This document shows positions 62,189 to 64,000 of a DNA stretch of 64,000 nt, one piece after another. The stretch covers positions 1,472,001 to 1,536,000 of the forward strand of contig OZ243972.1 in the NCBI GenBank assembly GCA_965214705.1, in the 5' to 3' direction. The stretch's first letter is position 1, and each line of letters begins with the position of its first letter. Under the pieces are notes generated by a model, which was not told the DNA's origin, searched no databases, and worked only from the letters and a program-made list of their open reading frames with translations. The stretch is from Alphaproteobacteria bacterium (GTDB lineage: Bacteria > Pseudomonadota > Alphaproteobacteria > UBA828). A program made the translations under genes and the position numbers.

Positions 62189-62288
62189 CCCTGTCCCTGA
62201 ATATGTTGAGCGATTCAGCCTCCGGAGCAGGCGCTCCGGGGGCCGTCGCCTCGGCCTCGCCATATCTGCGAGGTCGCGATATTGGGAG

Positions 62289-62666
62289 TTCGTCTCAAAC
62301 GTGGTGAACCAGCGCAGCAGCCTCGACCTGGCCGCGGAGCGGGCGCTGTTCCGGGGCGCGGTCGGCGAGGCGGCGGCGGTCGAGTTCTCGGCCTTCCTCA
62401 AGGTCTGGCGCGAGCTGCCCCACCCGAGGGCCGTCATCGACGATCCCGAGAACGCGGACGTGCCCCAGAACGCGAGCGCGCTGATCGCCCTCTGCGGCTC
62501 GCTCTACCGCATGGCCGACGACGTCAACCTCGGCTCAATCGTCAGCTACGCCATGAGGCTGAGACGGGAGGTGGGCGAGTTCCTCGTGGGCTCGTGCGTC
62601 CGCCGCGAGCCCGCGCTCCAGCACACCGACGCCTTCATCCGCTGGGCCGCCGCACGGACCCAGTGA
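62289..62666 (+). pseudogene. MoxR-like AAA+ ATPase, C-terminal part
   Basis: FVSNVV...GAVGEAAAVEF.AF; joins 53814-54461 in frame to give 341 aa. Confidence 0.88.
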
Positions 62667-62694
62667 ACCCCAGCCCATCGGGAGAACACCGACC

Positions 62695-63591
62695 ATGAAC
62701 CTCACCCACGACGCCATGCTGGTCAGCTTGCGCATCACCGCCTGGTCCGGCCGGCTCTACGACCGCCAGGCCTCCAACCACGTCGCCGCCCAGCACGACG
62801 CCTCCGCCAGCGCCGGGCGCTACAACAAGCGCCTCTTGCCCAAGGCCGCCTTCGCCGCGCTCACCGCGACCGTGAGCGACGCACGCAGTTCACATTACGC
62901 CAACTCCCTTCCCTGGGACGACCAGGGCTCGCGGCTGCTCACCGTGGCCAACTACGAGGCCTACACCGAGCTCATGGACGGACTGCGCGAGCGCATGGTG
63001 CGCGAGCGCGCCCGCTTCATCGAGGACTACGACGACAACATCGACCGCGCCCGGCTCGACCTCGGCAAGCTCTTCCGCATCGGGGACTACCCGTCCAAGG
63101 AGGCGCTGCAGGGCAAGTTCGGGATCCGCTACCGCATCGTGCCGGTGCCGGACGCCGACCACTTCATGGCGAAGCTCGCGTCCCACGACACCGAGCGGGT
63201 CAAGCGCGGCATCGAGCGCGAGATCGAGGAGCGGCTGCACGACGCCGTCGCCGATCTCTACCGGCGGCTCGGTGAGGCAGTGGAGCGGGTCTCGGAGCGC
63301 CTCTCCGAGGACGGCGAGGGCAAGCCGCTCGTCTTCCGCGACACGATGATCTCCAACGTCCGCGACCTGGTCGACGTCGTGCCCCGCCTCAACATTTTCG
63401 GGGACGACCGGCTCGCCAGCCTCTGCCAGGAGGTGAAGGACAGGATCGCCCACGCCGATCCGGCGACGCTGCGCCCGTCGCCCAACTTCAACCCGAACGT
63501 GCGGCACCAGGTGAAGCGCGACGCCGATGCGCTGGCGGAGAAGTTCGCGGGGTACTTCGGCACCCCGGCCGTCGACCGGGAGGCCGCGTGA
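62695..63591 (+). CDS. DUF3150-like phage/ICE protein
   Basis: AMLVSLRI..WSGR..D, G.YNKRLL, SLPW.D.GSRLL, YPS and LNI..D motifs; GGAG RBS. Confidence 0.6.
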   Translation: MNLTHDAMLVSLRITAWSGRLYDRQASNHVAAQHDASASAGRYNKRLLPKAAFAALTATVSDARSSHYANSLPWDDQGSRLLTVANYEAYTELMDGLRERMVRERARFIEDYDDNIDRARLDLGKLFRIGDYPSKEALQGKFGIRYRIVPVPDADHFMAKLASHDTERVKRGIEREIEERLHDAVADLYRRLGEAVERVSERLSEDGEGKPLVFRDTMISNVRDLVDVVPRLNIFGDDRLASLCQEVKDRIAHADPATLRPSPNFNPNVRHQVKRDADALAEKFAGYFGTPAVDREAA

Positions 63592-64000
63592 TGGCCTCCC
63601 GCGCCCGCCGGGAGTCGGCCAGCCGCGTCAGCGACTGCATCACCGCGCTGCTCCGTGACCAGCCGTTCTTCGGCAGCCTCGCGCTTCGCCTGCCGATCCG
63701 CCCCGACGCGGCGCGCGAGACCCTGGCCAGCGACGGCCGCGAGATCCGCTATTCCCCCGAGTGGGTCGCGCAGACCGATGCCGATCTCATCAAGACCGCG
63801 ATCGGGCGTGTGGTGCTGGCCTGCGCGCTCAAGCACCACACGCGCCGGGGCGTGCGCGAGCCCGGTCGCTGGCAGCACGCCTCGCAGCTCGTCACCCACG
63901 GGCTCTTGCGCGACGCGGGCTTCAAGCTTCCGCCGGACGCCGAAGCCTGGGACGGGATCAGCGTAGAGCAGGCCTACGATCGGCTGCCCGAGCCGCAGGA
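63591..64000 (+). CDS. DUF2201 N-terminal (metallopeptidase-like; usually followed by VWA) protein, partial
   Basis: QPFFGSLALRL, TLASDG..IRY.PEW, LKHHTRR and S.EQ.YD.L motifs; runs off the window; not in the ORF track. Confidence 0.8.
   Translation, partial: MASRARRESASRVSDCITALLRDQPFFGSLALRLPIRPDAARETLASDGREIRYSPEWVAQTDADLIKTAIGRVVLACALKHHTRRGVREPGRWQHASQLVTHGLLRDAGFKLPPDAEAWDGISVEQAYDRLPEPQ

Larger units (their letters stand above)
54462..62288 (+). mobile_element. RIT (Recombinase-In-Trio) element with two nested insertions
   Basis: 85-bp imperfect IRs (57096-57180 / 62200-62284); TGGGAG direct repeat at 54456-54461 and 62283-62288; three overlapping tyrosine recombinase genes. Confidence 0.85.

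Noticed and set aside
1-64000. CRISPR array, tRNA, rRNA, reverse transcriptase
   Set aside because: None found by eye on either strand

Overview
High-GC DNA, most likely from an alphaproteobacterium. UbiL-type hydroxylase, a Rhizobiales/Caulobacter-type palindromic repeat, spondin and Calx-beta proteins and a PhyH dioxygenase suggest a marine invertebrate (e.g. sponge) symbiont; this is inference. Bases 1-15.9 kb are an intact catabolic/transport backbone with one clean IS1634 insertion. From about 16.2 kb to the end is a heavily eroded mobile region. It holds at least 11 IS elements or relics (IS1634, IS66 x4, IS1182, ISAs1-DUF4338, ISNCY, two IS5/IS1182-clan copies, an integrase+IS91-type element), a Recombinase-In-Trio (RIT) element, a 388-bp inverted duplication, pseudogenes, a SWIM-SNF2 helicase and a phage/ICE-type AAA-DUF3150-like-DUF2201 operon. 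Best candidates for new biology: (1) a lower-GC, overlapping two-gene unit (860-aa Cys/His-motif HEAT-repeat protein plus a reconstructed 489-aa PD-(D/E)XK nuclease) that looks like an undescribed sensor-effector defence system, with an IS landed exactly in the gene overlap; (2) a nested RIT insertion whose reconstructed circular junction is a ~198-bp near-perfect palindrome; (3) a group II intron domain I RNA relic directly inside the left IR of an intact IS66. All family calls come from motif recognition by eye; no database searches were run.
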